DNA of 64,000 nucleotides from Octopus vulgaris. Taxonomy: Eukaryota. The position numbers were made by a program, and so were the translations under genes. Positions 12,582 through 27,399 of the stretch are shown piece after piece. The notes under the pieces were generated by a model. That model did no database searches. It saw only the letters and a list, made by a program, of their open reading frames with translations, and was not told the origin of the DNA. The number at the start of each line of letters is the position of its first letter. The first letter of the stretch is position 1. The stretch is taken from positions 51,026,001 through 51,090,000 of the forward strand of contig OX597820.1 in assembly GCA_951406725.2 (NCBI GenBank), written 5' to 3'.

Positions 12582-13010
12582 GGCGGATAGCTGGCAGTAC
12601 CGTTAGCATGCCGGGCGAAATGCTTAGTGGTATTTCGTCTGCCATTACCTTCTGTGTTCAAATTCCGTCGAGGTCGACTTTGCCTCTTATCCTTTCGGGG
12701 TCGACAAATTAAGTACCAGTCACGCACTGGGGTCGATGGAATCGACTTAATCCCTTTGTCTGTCCTTCTTTCTCCCCTCTATTCTTAGCCCCTTGTGGGC
12801 AATAAATAAATAAGAAACGTTATCCCACCTGGCGAAATGCTTAGTGGTATTTTACCTGTCTTTACGCTCTGATTTCAAATTCCGCCGAGGTCGACTTTAC
12901 CAATCATCTTTTCAAGGTCGATAAATTAAGTACCAGTTGTGTACTGAGTTGATGAAATTGATTGGCCCTCTTCCCTAGAATTTTGTACCTCGTGCCCTAG
13001 AGAATGAAAG
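12582..13010 (+). mobile_element. Two tandem SINE family 2 copies
   Basis: ggcggatagctggcag...ggcgaaatgcttagtggtattt...aaattccg(t/c)cgaggtcgacttt...aaattaagtaccag occurs twice (12582-12810 and about 12815-13010). Confidence 0.8.
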
Positions 13011-13149
13011 AATATAATCCATATTGTGCAGTACTTTTCCAATTTTTGACATTTACACACAATTTTTACATTGTTCTATAGACAGAAGAGTACAAGTTTT
13101 GTAGACGAGTGACTACCGACAATTTAAATGACCGAGTATTTGTGTTATC

Positions 13150-13345
13150 TATTAAATTCAGGGAAGGAAAAAGCAGTAAAACTATCAAACAAGCCATTAC
13201 AGAAAGAAGTGTGGCACATTTTTTACTTTCCGTTCCACTTCACAGTCATTATAAATACAAGTCCCCGGTAAGGACATCAACTGCAATAACGTATAATCTC
13301 ATTTATTGTAATTTCTTCTGTTCCCCGGTGACATTTAAAGATTCA
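13150..13345 (-). pseudogene. Putative decayed IL-17-like paralog (sister of the 14.1 kb copy)
   Basis: GTCIYNDCEVERK, then a Cys in the adjacent frame. 13194-13266 is 64/73 identical to 14071-14143. Confidence 0.4.
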
Positions 13346-14029
13346 AACTACTCTGGGTCTTTTTTTTGTTTTTGCTACTTAGTTTATTGTGGTACATACA
13401 GGATATCTAATACCATCTGACGCTACTCGATGTGTGTACATGTAACGATGTGCTTATCTAATATGTGTAGTATGTATGTAAGTATGTATTAGTGTGTGAC
13501 TGAGCATGTGTGTATATGTGCACTTGTGGATGTATAGGCTTCTGTGTTAGTGTGTGGCTGGGTACAAAATATCTGCTGAATTTTTCTAGTTTTGGTAGTG
13601 AAGCGCTTCTCATCGTAAGACATATTTCCAGATAGGAAAGTCATATATGTCTCTTTTTATCAATTAAAGGATTACATTTTATAACACGCGTATGTTATCA
13701 CAAATTCATTCACACGTTCGTGCACGTGCTCGTATACACCTTGTACAGGTTGGGGAGTTTTCTATAATTCACTGTTCGCTTTGGAATTTAAGCTGATATA
13801 TGAATGCTTGTTTTACGTATACACACACACGCATTGACAGACACATATATAAATTTCTTCCTCCCTCCTTCCCTGCTTCGATGCATGCATACACATATTT
13901 ACTATGTACATACATAAATGAGCTTATACATCCGTCTAATACATATTATAATGCACTTCATTTTTTTTCATATCTTACGTATGCGGATTCCGGTGCTGCG
14001 CACACATATTTTATGAATGAATGAATCAG

Positions 14030-14245
14030 AAATTCTAGATCTAAAATATCAAAGAAATGTCTCTATGAATCCATTACGGAAAGAGGAGGGGTACATTTCT
14101 TATTTTCCGTTCCATTTCACAGTCATTAGAAATACAAGTCCCCAACGTAATTCATTTCTCACCAAAGCTTTTCTTTTTAGAACCAGAAATACACTTCTTC
14201 CTCATACGACATACTTATCTAATAGACGTAAAATATTTACACTCA
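14030..14245 (-). pseudogene. Putative decayed IL-17-like paralog
   Basis: One frame reads SIR*VC(TAA, one change from TCA, Ser)...ITLGTCISNDCEMERK, then KCTP after a frameshift. Confidence 0.45.
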
Positions 14246-14991
14246 TTTTTGGAACGAGAACGTTGTGTTTACTGTGTCTCAGTTTATACAACTTTCAGCG
14301 ACTAGAGACACATTTTAAAAATTCTTTTCCGTTTGTGGCATTCTTGTGATTATAACAGAAATTTGATTCTTCCAGCTATGCGTTTCAGTTCTTGCTATGA
14401 AAACATGTTTGTTAGTATATTTATATAACGAAACATTGTACTGTTTTTATAACTTGCTGCATAAATATGATGTTTTTGTGATTTTCTGTAATCATATTAC
14501 TTTAAATTACATTTCCTTCTCATTTCCAGTTATATGCAAAATGGAGAACTTTATTTTGTTTCATTTTATCCATAATAGTTGACATAAAATAATTATGGTA
14601 CAAATATATAAATCTAAATTATATGTTTTACATCAAATCAAGGTTTTCAGAAAACTCATGAAAAAGAACATGGTTATGCACACGTGGAAGGTTCGGCTGG
14701 TATTTCTTGCAGCCGAGCGACTTCACAGATCTTTCGTTGACTTTGCATCAGGGAAGCTGACTCGATAAGTGCATATGTAAAAGCCTTCTAGGTTCTAGGT
14801 CCAACACTTAGTTTGGTAAAATATATGTTCACAGCATAGATGTCGACTGTAACTGGTTTTAATAGGCAAATCTCATAAATTTAATGTTGAACGATATCAC
14901 TTGCCTTAAATTTCTTGGACCGGGGTTTCTATCAGAAGGTTTAGTCTTATATTTCGATGTGGGGAGATCTCATACAATGAAGTTTCTCATA

Positions 14992-15177
14992 TTATGCTTG
15001 GCCAGAAAAATCAGTTATACCTCCTGCCGTCATTGTTTTATAAACTAATGGCCATAAGCCAATATAATATAGTGTAATGGTAGGCATATGCAATGCTAGT
15101 ACATGCTGATGCCAACTACCATTCCTTCTTACGCTTATAGCGAATCTAACACATACACTATTAAAATCAACAATCAT
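14992..15177 (-). pseudogene. Possible decayed IL-17-like paralog (core)
   Basis: FNSVCV...HVLA/CICLP (frameshift)...LWPLVYKTM (TGG, one change from Cys; cf. C-x-x-V-Y). Confidence 0.3.
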
Positions 15178-15529
15178 TTATTCTAACACTTTTCATGATT
15201 CTATAAACCAGTACACTTTCTAAAATTTCAAAATATTGTAACACATGCAGTCAAAGTATCTACCACAACACTTTGCTAATTCTAAAGATACTAACTTACG
15301 CTGTTGATATAATTCACAGACAACGTAGAAATGTCAAGACAAAACCCAGAAATTCCACCTGTAAGAGTCGGCTAAAGCATCATAAAACGAAAAATAATTT
15401 CCATTCAATGACTTGTTAATCTTACTAAATCCCTCAACACATACACGGTTTATTTGAAAACTAAAACAAAACGTTTAATGCTTAGGGATATTTTCATGAT
15501 GGCCTGATGTACACAAACACACACATGCA

Positions 15530-16888
<1,359 letters not shown>

Positions 16889-17184
16889 TATATGGATATA
16901 TATATATACATACAGACATTCATAAATACATATATATATTTATATATATATATATATATTTATGCGTGTGTGTGTGTGTGTGTGTGTGTGCATGTATATA
17001 TGTACATACATATACATACATAAATACATATATATATACTGGTGAACAGGGAACTCGTCGATCTGTGGGATTCCTTGACTAGCCTTAGATTGCGTATATC
17101 TTGTATCATGGATGACCTCAAACATTATGGTAAAGATAAGGCCAAGTCAGTTCACTCGTTGATACGGTGTATACTTTCATTGCC

Positions 17185-18220
17185 GATATCGGAATGGAGT
17201 TCGGACTAAGAAAGTGTGGTATGTTAGTCTTGAAGAAAGTCATAATCAGACATATGGACAGACTAACGATAGCGTGGGGGAGGTTATGAAGCAGATAGAA
17301 GAGACAGGCTACAAGTACTTGGGAATTTGGGAAATTGATAAATTGATGGAAAAAGAAATGACAGAAAAATTTAAGGTGGAGTACTTGGGCAGACTGAGAC
17401 TCACTCTTAAGTCGGAATTAAACGGAGGGAATAAGTTTGAAGTGATTTAAAATCGGAAACGGATGCCCTAATCTGTGCTGCCCAAGAGCAAGGACTAAGA
17501 ACAAACTACATAAAATACAGAAGAGGCAACACAGCAGAAAGTGATAAGAGCAGAATCTGTGGAGAAAACGGTGAAACCGTATGGCATATTACCAGAAAAT
17601 GTACGCAACCAGCCCAGAAGGAATATAAGAGACGTCACGACAATATAGTTAGGCTTGTCCATTGGACAATTGCAACAAGTATGGACTTGACAGACCAAAA
17701 ATTTAGTACGACCACAAACTTGAGTGCATCGTCGAAAATAGAAATGCAAAAATCGTATGAGATGTTATGATTTAGTGCGACAATGAGATACAGAATAGGA
17801 AGCCAGACATAGTCGTAATTGAGAAAGAAAACAAACTATGCTGGATCATTTATATAGCATGTCCAGTTGATAACAGGTTATGCGATAAGGAATAAATAAA
17901 AGCTGAGAAATGTGACAGGTTACTTTGGGAAGTTAAGCAGTTGTAGTCGATAAAAAAGGTGGTAGTAGGACCAATAATCGTTGGAGCCCTGGGAACAATA
18001 AGGATAATCTCAAGACGTACGTGGAATAAATAGGGGCTGCAATAAGGGTGAAGCACTTGCAGAAAACAGCACTGCTTGGAACCGCTCGAATACTCCGGAA
18101 GGTGCTCGAAAAATAATAGGTGTTGCCTTAGTTCATTGATAGTGAACAGCTAACAGTGTAGTACAGCTGTAGTGTTAGAAGCTGTGCAAAGGCAATGACA
18201 ATAATAATAACAATAATTCG
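17185..18220 (+). mobile_element. R4/Dong-type LINE remnant (RT end, zinc knuckle, RLE) ending in (AAT)n
   Basis: DIGMEFGLRKCG, YKYLGI, LICAAQEQGLRTNYIK, ETVWHI, RRHDNI, KPDIVVIEK, IACPVD and PIIVGALG, with many stops and internal deletions. Confidence 0.85.
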
Positions 18221-18548
18221 ATTCGCTGCAGGAATGAAATACTATAATATTTTTTTCCATAATTGATATCGTAGTGCTGATGGAGTCTAAGTTTTAGATA
18301 TATGTTGTAGTGTCAGGGCATCTCTATTACCATGCTGGAATCTAACTGCAGGCATCATCTTGTAAAGCAGCACACGATATTACAGTTTAGCTACCTGCTG
18401 TTTACTATCTTATCATGTAGTCACAATTGATTGTGTCTTTAATTAGACGCACCAGTAGATATTATTATATTTCACCAAACAGATAAGCTGATATGTGTAC
18501 AAACGATTCTACATGCAAAATGCTCCGTAAATATCGCTAAACGCTTGT

Positions 18549-18661
<113 letters not shown>

Positions 18662-18833
18662 TGTTTAAGTAGTTGAATGAATTATCCTAGTATGGATAAT
18701 TCGGTTAACCGATACCCGGGTAGCAAATTTACGTCAGAAATCACGGTTGAAGCTACATGCCAAGGGCAGAAATCCCGTGGTTTCGTGTGGAAATTTGTGT
18801 GTTTTTTTACTTTCATTTTACTTTCATTCTTTC

Positions 18834-18900
<67 letters not shown>

Positions 18901-19573
18901 TGTATTTGGTGTGTATATTTATATTTGTAAATATGCGTGTGTGTATATGTCTGATTATATATATGTGTGTGTGTGTTTGTGCGTGAGTGTATGCGTGTAT
19001 GCGTGTGTGTGTTTGTGTGTTTGCGTTTTTGTGTATGTGTGTGTGTGTATTGGACTCAGATATTTAAAGACTTGCCAAAACATCCGAGAGATCTTCATGG
19101 AATAGGGGTAGATGTATTCACGAAACAGTTTAACCTCTTGATGTCTAAGGTTCTAGATGAAACTACATCACGCAAGAAACCCGAAAGAGGGCAGCAGCGT
19201 CAATCAATCTCCCTCCTTCACTAAATCGCATAATAATGACCATTGGCAATGTGATTACAGTGGTGGGGTTTCAGCAAGGCCACATGATGTGGAGTGAATC
19301 TTAGAAAACAATATGTATGCACTCATACTTATATATATATTTATAATAATAATAATATAAATATTATATAAATATATGCATATATACATACATATATGTA
19401 CATACCTACATATATATGTATATATACATGCATATATGGGTAGAGGACATAAAAGAACGTTGGACACAATGAGAAACGAAACGTAAAAACAAAAACATGG
19501 AAACGGACTTTTTTCAAACAAAATACATATACATGTAGGTATGTACCTATACGTATGTATATATGCATATATT

Positions 19574-19674
<101 letters not shown>

Positions 19675-19821
19675 AAATAGAAAGATGAATAATCTTGTAG
19701 TAGATTAATCAAAAGTTTAACCGATACCTTAGTAGCAAAAATCACAGCGGTAAAACAGCACGGTTGGAGGTACTACCATATGGTGTTGCAACCGTGCGTT
19801 GGTGCGGATAATTGAAATTAG

Positions 19822-20193
19822 AACATTATTGGTGAATTGAAGAAATGGGAACGCAGATTGAACAGAAATCGTTTTATTTCATTCTACACGTTCGAAGGCA
19901 CAAATTAAATGATGGAATAATGGGACCATATTGGTCTTTCTTTCAGGAAGAAAATAGAATCGTTGGAAAACAAAATAGAAAGAGGCGGAGCAAAAACATT
20001 TGTTTTTGCTCCGCCTCTGTTCTATTTTGTTTTTCCAACGGATTTCTATTTTCTTCCTGAAGAGAAAGACAATATGGTCCCATTATTCCATCGGATTTTG
20101 GTAATTTGTGCCTTTCGAAACACATGTAGAATGAAATAAAACGATTTCTGTTCAATCTGCGTTCAGCTCCATTTCTTCAATTCACCAATAATG

Positions 20194-20195
<2 letters not shown>
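19822..20195. repeat. About 375-bp fold-back palindrome (Penelope-like inverted terminal repeat pair)
   Basis: 19822-19998 is the reverse complement of 20001-20195 with essentially no spacer. The left arm carries many small deletions. (TA)n lies directly on the right and about 150 bp to the left. Confidence 0.9.
20047..20138 (+). ncRNA. Type I hammerhead ribozyme motif
   Basis: Stem I TATTTTCTTC (20047-56) / GAATGAAATA (20129-38). Core CTGAAGA (20057-63). Stem II GAAAG-ACAA...TTGT-gc-CTTTC. GAAA (20117-20). Minimal stem III with the palindromic ACATGT. Cleavage triplet GTA (20126-28). Confidence 0.65.
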
Positions 20196-20264
<69 letters not shown>

Positions 20265-22869
20265 GTGTGTGTGTGCGTGCGTGCGTTTGTGTTTATATAA
20301 ATGATACTCTGCAGTAAATCATTTTGTAGAAATGTGTTTCATTTTAAACATCATACGCAACATCAGTTTTTTATTTCCAATGTTTATCTTAATATCGCAT
20401 GGTTACACGCACTTTGCATTGACAAGCACTTTTAGAAAAGTACATGCAGATGCAAAAATGATGAATTTGCAAATGTATAAATATAGTAATATGCATGCAT
20501 TTATGCATTCACTGACACACCCACATACATTATCTCTTACACTCACGTACACACGTGCATGTATATACATATGGCCCATTAAACTAAAACTGCAGTCTCT
20601 TTGCATATTTGTTTCTCGGCTTCCCATTATACTCTTCAAATACACATACGAACACTTATCTCTATAAACCTTCTGAAATTAATCCGTTGGTATCTATTTT
20701 AATAGATCTTAATTAAATCAATATAACATATCATCAAAGATAGCAGAAACCGCATTCCACAAACATTGATCTTGTCAACGTTTTTATATGACATATTTTA
20801 TACGGTTTGAAGCAAGTAACGACATTAACTGAAAGAGTAACACAAATGGTCAGTCAGGAGTTTTGACGATTTCAATACTGATCAAAAGCTTCTGAAATGA
20901 AATAGGTAATTTTGAACGAGTCATAATCGATCGTATTGTAAAATAGTAATATATTAGATTTTTAAAGACATTTTTGTTTGTTTGAACCGACCGTATATGT
21001 GTAAATACAAGCATACGTGTGTGTGCGAAAACACACACACACGTTTACATTTTTAAACATATATACATATAAGTTCATATACATGAATGCATGAATGTAT
21101 ATATATATATATATACAGAGAGATAGCGAGAGAGAGAGAGAGAGAGGGGGGGAAATAAAGAAATAGAAGGATAGGTATGCAGAGTTACAGTGAGAGATAA
21201 GTAAGCGGATTGAGAAAATAGAGAAAGGGAGAGAGTGAGAGACAGAAAGAGAGAGATACATACCCTCATAGAACACACACATATACGCATATGTGTCTTC
21301 ATGTATATAAACAGATATAGGCCACATTTTAAAAACATTTAGATAACAGGCTTTGTCTTTAACGAAGCTTCAAAATATATTCGCTTGTACTCCCTTATTT
21401 AAAAAAAAAGCTTGGCAAAGTATTGGCAGATTTGAAATGTTTTAATGAAAATGCAAATGTAATTACTTCTATATAGCCCGAATAGCGTGATATACTGACG
21501 TCTAGACGTGTCAGTTTACATATGAAGTATTTGTTTCATACCCTCACGAGATATATCTCCGAAGCATGACACATACATTTGGTCTGATATTGAACTGATT
21601 TCAATTGAAAATAACTGCAACAACCTAATAAAAATAGCAATATGTAAAAAAAACAAAAACACAAAAAATCTAGCAGTCAGAGAAAATAATTTTTTATAAC
21701 ATTCCATAGTTATATCATTTCCCAAATGATTTGAAACGGACAGCATTTTACAAAATGAAAAGCGAATTCGTATCAAGTAAAACCTCATTGATTCGGATTA
21801 TATAAAACTCAACCAAGTACAGCTGCTTCAAAAGCACTTTATATATATTAAATATTAACGAAATACAATGAAATGTAAAATAAATATAAATATTGTGAAC
21901 GGAAAGTTTTCATACTCAGCAAAATATATTCTTTTCGTTTATTGTGTTTTTTGTGCTCAAGTTTATTTTTATTGAATGGTTAGATTTCACCAGTGGTTGT
22001 CACAATGTGTAGGAACTCACTTCATTTAAAAAGGCTTTAAACCATTATAGAATATTCTATGTCACTAGAATAAATGCCTATATAACGCTTTTGCAAATAC
22101 GAGATTTTAATCTTATGGTCGTCCTAATCTTTGACAATAAATAAATAAATAAATAACTGGTGTTCTTGGTACACGGCATCGCTTAAATAAATAAATAAAA
22201 GTTCATAGATTTTGTAAAATATTGTAGGTTCATTCGCCAGAAGAGCAGTTAACCATATATTAGCCTTAGGGAACTATGACGTTATTTTATCAAGGATCAC
22301 CTTCCTAGTTTCGTCTACATACCATAAGGTGCTTTCCACCTATGTCGTGTCATTATAACAAAACTGCAATGAAATTTTAAAAAATTGTTCCGGTAGCTGA
22401 TTGTATAATTTGAATCACGCTATTCATCGCCGTCAAGTCTGTCATGAGCTGTTTCTCATTTTTCCAATGCATTACGTCATTCTCACTCTATTTCTCTCTC
22501 CCTATCTCACTTTCCCCCTCTCTCTCTCTACTGTCTCTAAGTAACTTTCAGTTTATGCCTTTCTCAGTCTCACGTGTGCATGTTTCCTTTTATTAATATA
22601 TCAGTATGACCAAGTAATTTTATCACACGTTAGATAGGAAGAACACCATATGTAACTATTTTGCCCTCTCTAAGTGCAAGACTAATTATCCACCATATAG
22701 ATTATATATTATCAATAGAAATTGAAAAAGGATATTGAGCTATGTAAAACAACTATCAATTTACGAGAGTTTTTCACGTTATAGTTTGTAATAGTCTATG
22801 GAATGTATAACACAGACTTTCACTAAGTCGTTGAACATTCAAGACGTACAAACCCATATGCTCTCTTCC

Positions 22870-23265
22870 ATGAATTTCACAATCACAACATATCAAAATC
22901 TCTTCCTAAATATAGTTTTGGTTTTCCTATTTAGAAGCAGATTATAATTCCATTCCTAACGGCTTCTGGATCTCAACGCACAGTGGCATTGTACTACAAG
23001 GTGACGACGGCAGGAAGATGAAAACATGATGACAGCCAAATGAAGACAGGTCGGTTGAATACAACGACTGACACTCAACGCACCCTAACTGCTATCATAA
23101 CACACGTACCACGTTTTCCCTCTGTCTGTTCTGTTACTACTACGTCGAATACTTATAGATTTCATTTGCTCGCCAAAGCACAACACATTTTTCTTTTTTA
23201 TATACTTCGTGATTCAAACTGTGAGTTCCCATCACATTTGAGAACTATGCATTCAACGCCATAGT
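22870..23265 (-). pseudogene. Decayed IL-17-like paralog with well-preserved core
   Basis: YGVEC (cf. HGLEC at 51.56 kb) and TWYVCYDSS, then a single frame GCVECQSLYSTDLSSFGCHHVFIFLP...PLC...NYI*EEILICCDCEIH (23085 to 22870). Confidence 0.55.
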
Positions 23266-24060
23266 CCTTCCTTAGTCGTCACCTATTTGGAAATCCCTCC
23301 GCACACACGTCACTTATTCACTCGTTCATTTGCAGCTGTTGAAGTTGAATATCTACTATGCCAATGTCCATAGGGGAATACCCTGTAAACAGAGAGACCC
23401 AAGGGCAACTAAACACCCACCCAACAATAGTGCCTGTCGAATTGATCTTAGATTCCAGTTTTGATAATTAATTGAAAAATCAGACAATATTCGATTAGAG
23501 ACATAATGATTGCAGTCTAACATATTTCATTCTAGTGGCCTGAAGAATATTATTTATAGCCAAAGCAAATATTTTAACATCGAGTTCATTAAAAAATTCT
23601 TCACGTTTTCTCAATTGAAGCCATGTCTACACGAATGCTCTAATTACTTGCATACATGTCAATAAAATAAATTAAGTTTTTTCTGTTTCTCCTTTTTTTT
23701 TTTTATTCCTGAAACATTTCCAGACCCATATAATTCTGTTACGTTCAAGTTGTTGGTAATTTGATCCATGTTAGAAATTTGCAGAACATTTCACTTTGAC
23801 AGAACGCCAATCATCCATAAATACAACAAACGGCTCAGTCTGTATTTCTTATCGACTATTTAACAGACCACAGTCCAGCGATAGCTTAGATTAGTAACCA
23901 TAGTCAAAATCAATCCACATCGTAATTCCTCTATTGACTAATTTTATCGATCTTAGCGAAATGGGTGTCTTGGTTGAACATGACATATTTTTACTGGGCT
24001 CTTGATATGTTTCCTTTGAGAGTATGTAGATATATGTAGCTGCAACTGCAGACGCAAAAT

Positions 24061-24092
<32 letters not shown>

Positions 24093-24230
24093 CATTGAAA
24101 TTGCAGGAGTTATTGCGGAATTTGCTGTAGTCTTCACTAACTCCAAATCAAACAATATATATATTGTTGTAGGAATTTTGCATTTCCATTTGTAGATATA
24201 TGGTACCACGAGACAAAAGCGGGTCCTGCA

Positions 24231-24231
<1 letters not shown>

Positions 24232-24310
<79 letters not shown>
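24232..24310. repeat. (AGT)n microsatellite
   Basis: Perfect gta/agt run, which is the source of the poly-V and poly-L ORFs. Confidence 0.95.
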
Positions 24311-24311
<1 letters not shown>

Positions 24312-24769
24312 CGGCGGTGGCTGCGACAACAGCAGCGGTGTTGGCGATAGTGGTAGTAACCGCAACTGCATCAGCAGTAGTTGATGTCGTCGTGATGTTT
24401 ATGACATTAAAACACCACAGCTAGCGCTTTAAATTCCATCAACCTTTCCATGTGCGAAGCGATATGTCCGTAAAATGAAACAGTAATTGACTAATGCAAA
24501 CAAAGTAACCATACAGAGAAAACAAAATATACGTCTAAAACACATTAGGTAAAATGTTTTATCTTTCCAGTTTATGATTTCATCTGTTAAAAAATATCTC
24601 CGCTCCTCAGAGATTGGAATTTTCTTTTATCATCAACAGCAACATCCGCAGCGTCACCAGAACAACGCTAAACATTTCAATCATCTTTCATGTCTAGTAA
24701 TATCACTACCATCAACACTCTATGAACCATTCATCGCTACCGTTTATAATAAATAGCTCTTCATTCAAC

Positions 24770-24988
24770 TTATTGTGTCGTGACATGTGATAAAAAACAA
24801 AATACCCAGTGTTCCACACAGCACGTCATGCGATAAAGCATTGCAAATAAGATAGCACAGCATGGTCGTGTATTAGATGATTGTTTTCTTACGTATAAAA
24901 GCATGTGTGAATATTTTATCACTTGATGAGAGGATAACCAGTGGAATATTGAGGCAGTTGCTATGGCTGCTCGAGTCTTGGGGACCAA
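24770..24988 (-). pseudogene. Weak IL-17-like relic
   Basis: SNTRPCC...FAMLYRMTCCVEHWVFC resembles LYHITCPC (55.2 kb) and CVEC (23.07 kb). Confidence 0.2.
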
Positions 24989-25789
24989 CTATGCTCTATA
25001 GATTTTGTCATTTGCTGTCAGTACATGAATAAAATAGATCACAGTACATTAATTTAACACGAGACCTATAATATTTTTAGTTGGACCATATCCTTTTCAG
25101 CATAGCGGAGATAAGTAAAGCGGATGACTACGAAAGCATACAGCAGTGCGAAACATAATAAAGGCAAACAACGTTTAGGTGGCGGTATTAAGCTTGTCTA
25201 CCACTCTACGAACACAGGACACAAACTGCAAGAATGTGTAACGAAAGGTCTTACAGGAATTATAACGATGAGGAGACGGAATATTTATAATAAAATTTTC
25301 CCTCACCTCATTCCAATGAGTCCCAACGAAAGACTTTTAAGAATAAGTCTTCGACATTATGTTGTTAATAGATCTACTATTACTACTGCCTCTATTTCAT
25401 TTCTTCCTCCACCACCTTTGCAGTCATCAAGGTTCGCTGCAGCCTCTGCTCCTCCTCCAAATACTAGTCTTTCGAAACCAACTACTTACGAGCCATCTAT
25501 CTATTAAAACACTACTGATACTTTAGAATAAACAACGACCTCGGCAGCAGCAACACTACAAAAGTCAATTAATATACTTGAGACAATTTCAATGCAATTA
25601 GTGTTAGAAAGTGATATATCTGATAAAACATATGTCTGACCAGAAAAAAAATAACGATATTTGACTTACACTTCAGATTAATGTGGCGTCTTACATTTAG
25701 CGCATATGTATTCAAATTCTCTGTCTCTGACGTTATTCCACTTTCTCTGACCTAGTATTTTCTACATATATCAATTCATCAATCCTGAG

Positions 25790-25995
25790 GTAAGAAGCTT
25801 GCTTCACAACGACATTGTTTTAGATTCAATCCCATTGCATGGCAAGTTGGACATGGGTCTTGTACTATAGCCACGGGCTATCGAAAGACTTCTGAGTGGA
25901 TGTGGTGGAGGAAACTCAAAGGAGCTACCCGTATGTATGTATATGTACACATACATACACAAACACACACGCACGCACACATGCACACACACACG

Positions 25996-26030
<35 letters not shown>

Positions 26031-26200
26031 GTATATATATATATATACAAAGACACACACACACATATAACCGGTTTTGGTTTGCATACGTCACCGTTAC
26101 GTAGTGATTCGGCAAAAAAAAGTACCAGATTCGTTTGAGTCAAGTTCTGCAAGACGGTCCCAAAGCATCGCTGCACTCTAATGACTGAACCAAGTAAAAA
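25790..26200 (+). mobile_element. Diverged SINE family 1 copy
   Basis: ggtaagaagcttgcttc...ttcaatcccattgcatggca...ctatagccacgggc...gaaactcaaagg, with an internal microsatellite and a 3' ctaatgactgaaccaagtaaaa. Confidence 0.6.
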
Positions 26201-26244
26201 ATAATAACAATAATAATACTAATACTACTACTAAAATTAAATGT

Positions 26245-26792
26245 TCTGATGCAGTACAAGGCAGTGGCTGTCCTGGTTTCTCATCTTAACTGATTCGAGG
26301 AGTTACCAGGTACATGGTTTTATCTTGGAATGAAACATTCGCTAAAACAAATATTCTGCTCAATACCACACATTTGCTTGTCGGTTGTTTGAACGTAACC
26401 AGTTGAGCATGTCACTTAGTAGTTGACGATATATGTAACTATGATCACGAGCAGAAGTAGTGGGGAGCGTGACTGCCATGTGTTGAGAGGAATTCAGTGG
26501 AGTTCGGATAATTCACCTCTAGAAACATGGGTCTTTCTTTCAACACGCTTAAATAACCCTTATTCGGGACGTTTTGAGCAGGATGGGCTACTAGACCTGA
26601 CGAAAATTCTAGCTGGGCCTACCTGTAAGGCCATGTAGTGTTAACTTTGTTATGAGATCACCATATCACGCACATATGGTTGTGATTCATATGCCTGGTG
26701 TACCATTATCAGACGGGTATTAATGATGAGTATACTGGGATTCGCATATTTTACCCCAGTGTTACTTTGATGGTACGCACTGATCTCTCACT
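26245..26792. repeat. Unclassified interspersed repeat between (AAT)n tracts
   Basis: A GC-richer block bounded by AAT-type microsatellites, adjacent to Dong-like LINE pieces. It has no recognisable ORF. Confidence 0.4.
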
Positions 26793-26793
26793 A

Positions 26794-26870
<77 letters not shown>

Positions 26871-26877
26871 TAATAAT

Positions 26878-27360
26878 AGAACATGCCTCCTCATTGATAT
26901 GACTGTCCCAATCGATATAAACGTATCTGTCAAGACCTACCAAAAACTGAGCAAAAATAAAGATCTTGAAATAGAAATCAGCAAAATGTGGAAGATGAAG
27001 ACTAAAACAATACCTGTTGTCATAGGTGCCCTGGGAATGATAGCGAACGGGACTGATTGCTACCTAACTCAGATACCAGGAAACCCCAAAATTGCAGAAA
27101 TTCAAAACATAGTGCTCATGGGAACTGCTCATATCCTACGCATAATACTCTCTATGTAATCCCAAGGTTTAAAACAAACTATTTTTATTTTATTTAAAAA
27201 AAAAATTTTTTTTTTAAAATTTTATTTTTATGTATTAGACATTCACTAGTACACCCCCCCCAAAAAAAAACGAAATATATGGCACAGAACTTCCAACCTG
27301 TTGTCTCTTGATGTCTCTGGGTGAGACTTAGAGCCTAAAGCAAAAGTCAAACATAGAATA
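26878..27360 (+). mobile_element. R4/Dong-type LINE 3' end (RLE C-terminus plus 3'UTR) between (AAT)n tracts
   Basis: RTCLLIDMTVPIDINVSVKTYQKLSKNKDLEIEISKMWKMKTKTIPVVIGALG...GTAHILR begins right after (AAT)n, and the UTR ends in (AAT)n at about 27357-27380. Confidence 0.85.
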
Positions 27361-27399
27361 ATAATAATAATAATAATAATAGCAACACGAACCATGAAC

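Noticed and set aside
18230-18540. Further IL-17-like relic
   Set aside because: Only SLSVW and scattered Cys are present, with no ordered core, so it falls below my threshold.
23318-23382. Possible terminal exon on the minus strand (tctctctgtttacag|GG TAT... YSPMDIGIVDIQLQQLQMNE*)
   Set aside because: The acceptor is good, but there are only 21 codons, no recognisable protein and no partner exons. It sits just upstream of the 22.9 kb relic and cannot be supported without RNA data.
24060-24424. Poly-Leu and poly-Val membrane-like ORFs
   Set aside because: They derive from the (AGT)n microsatellite.
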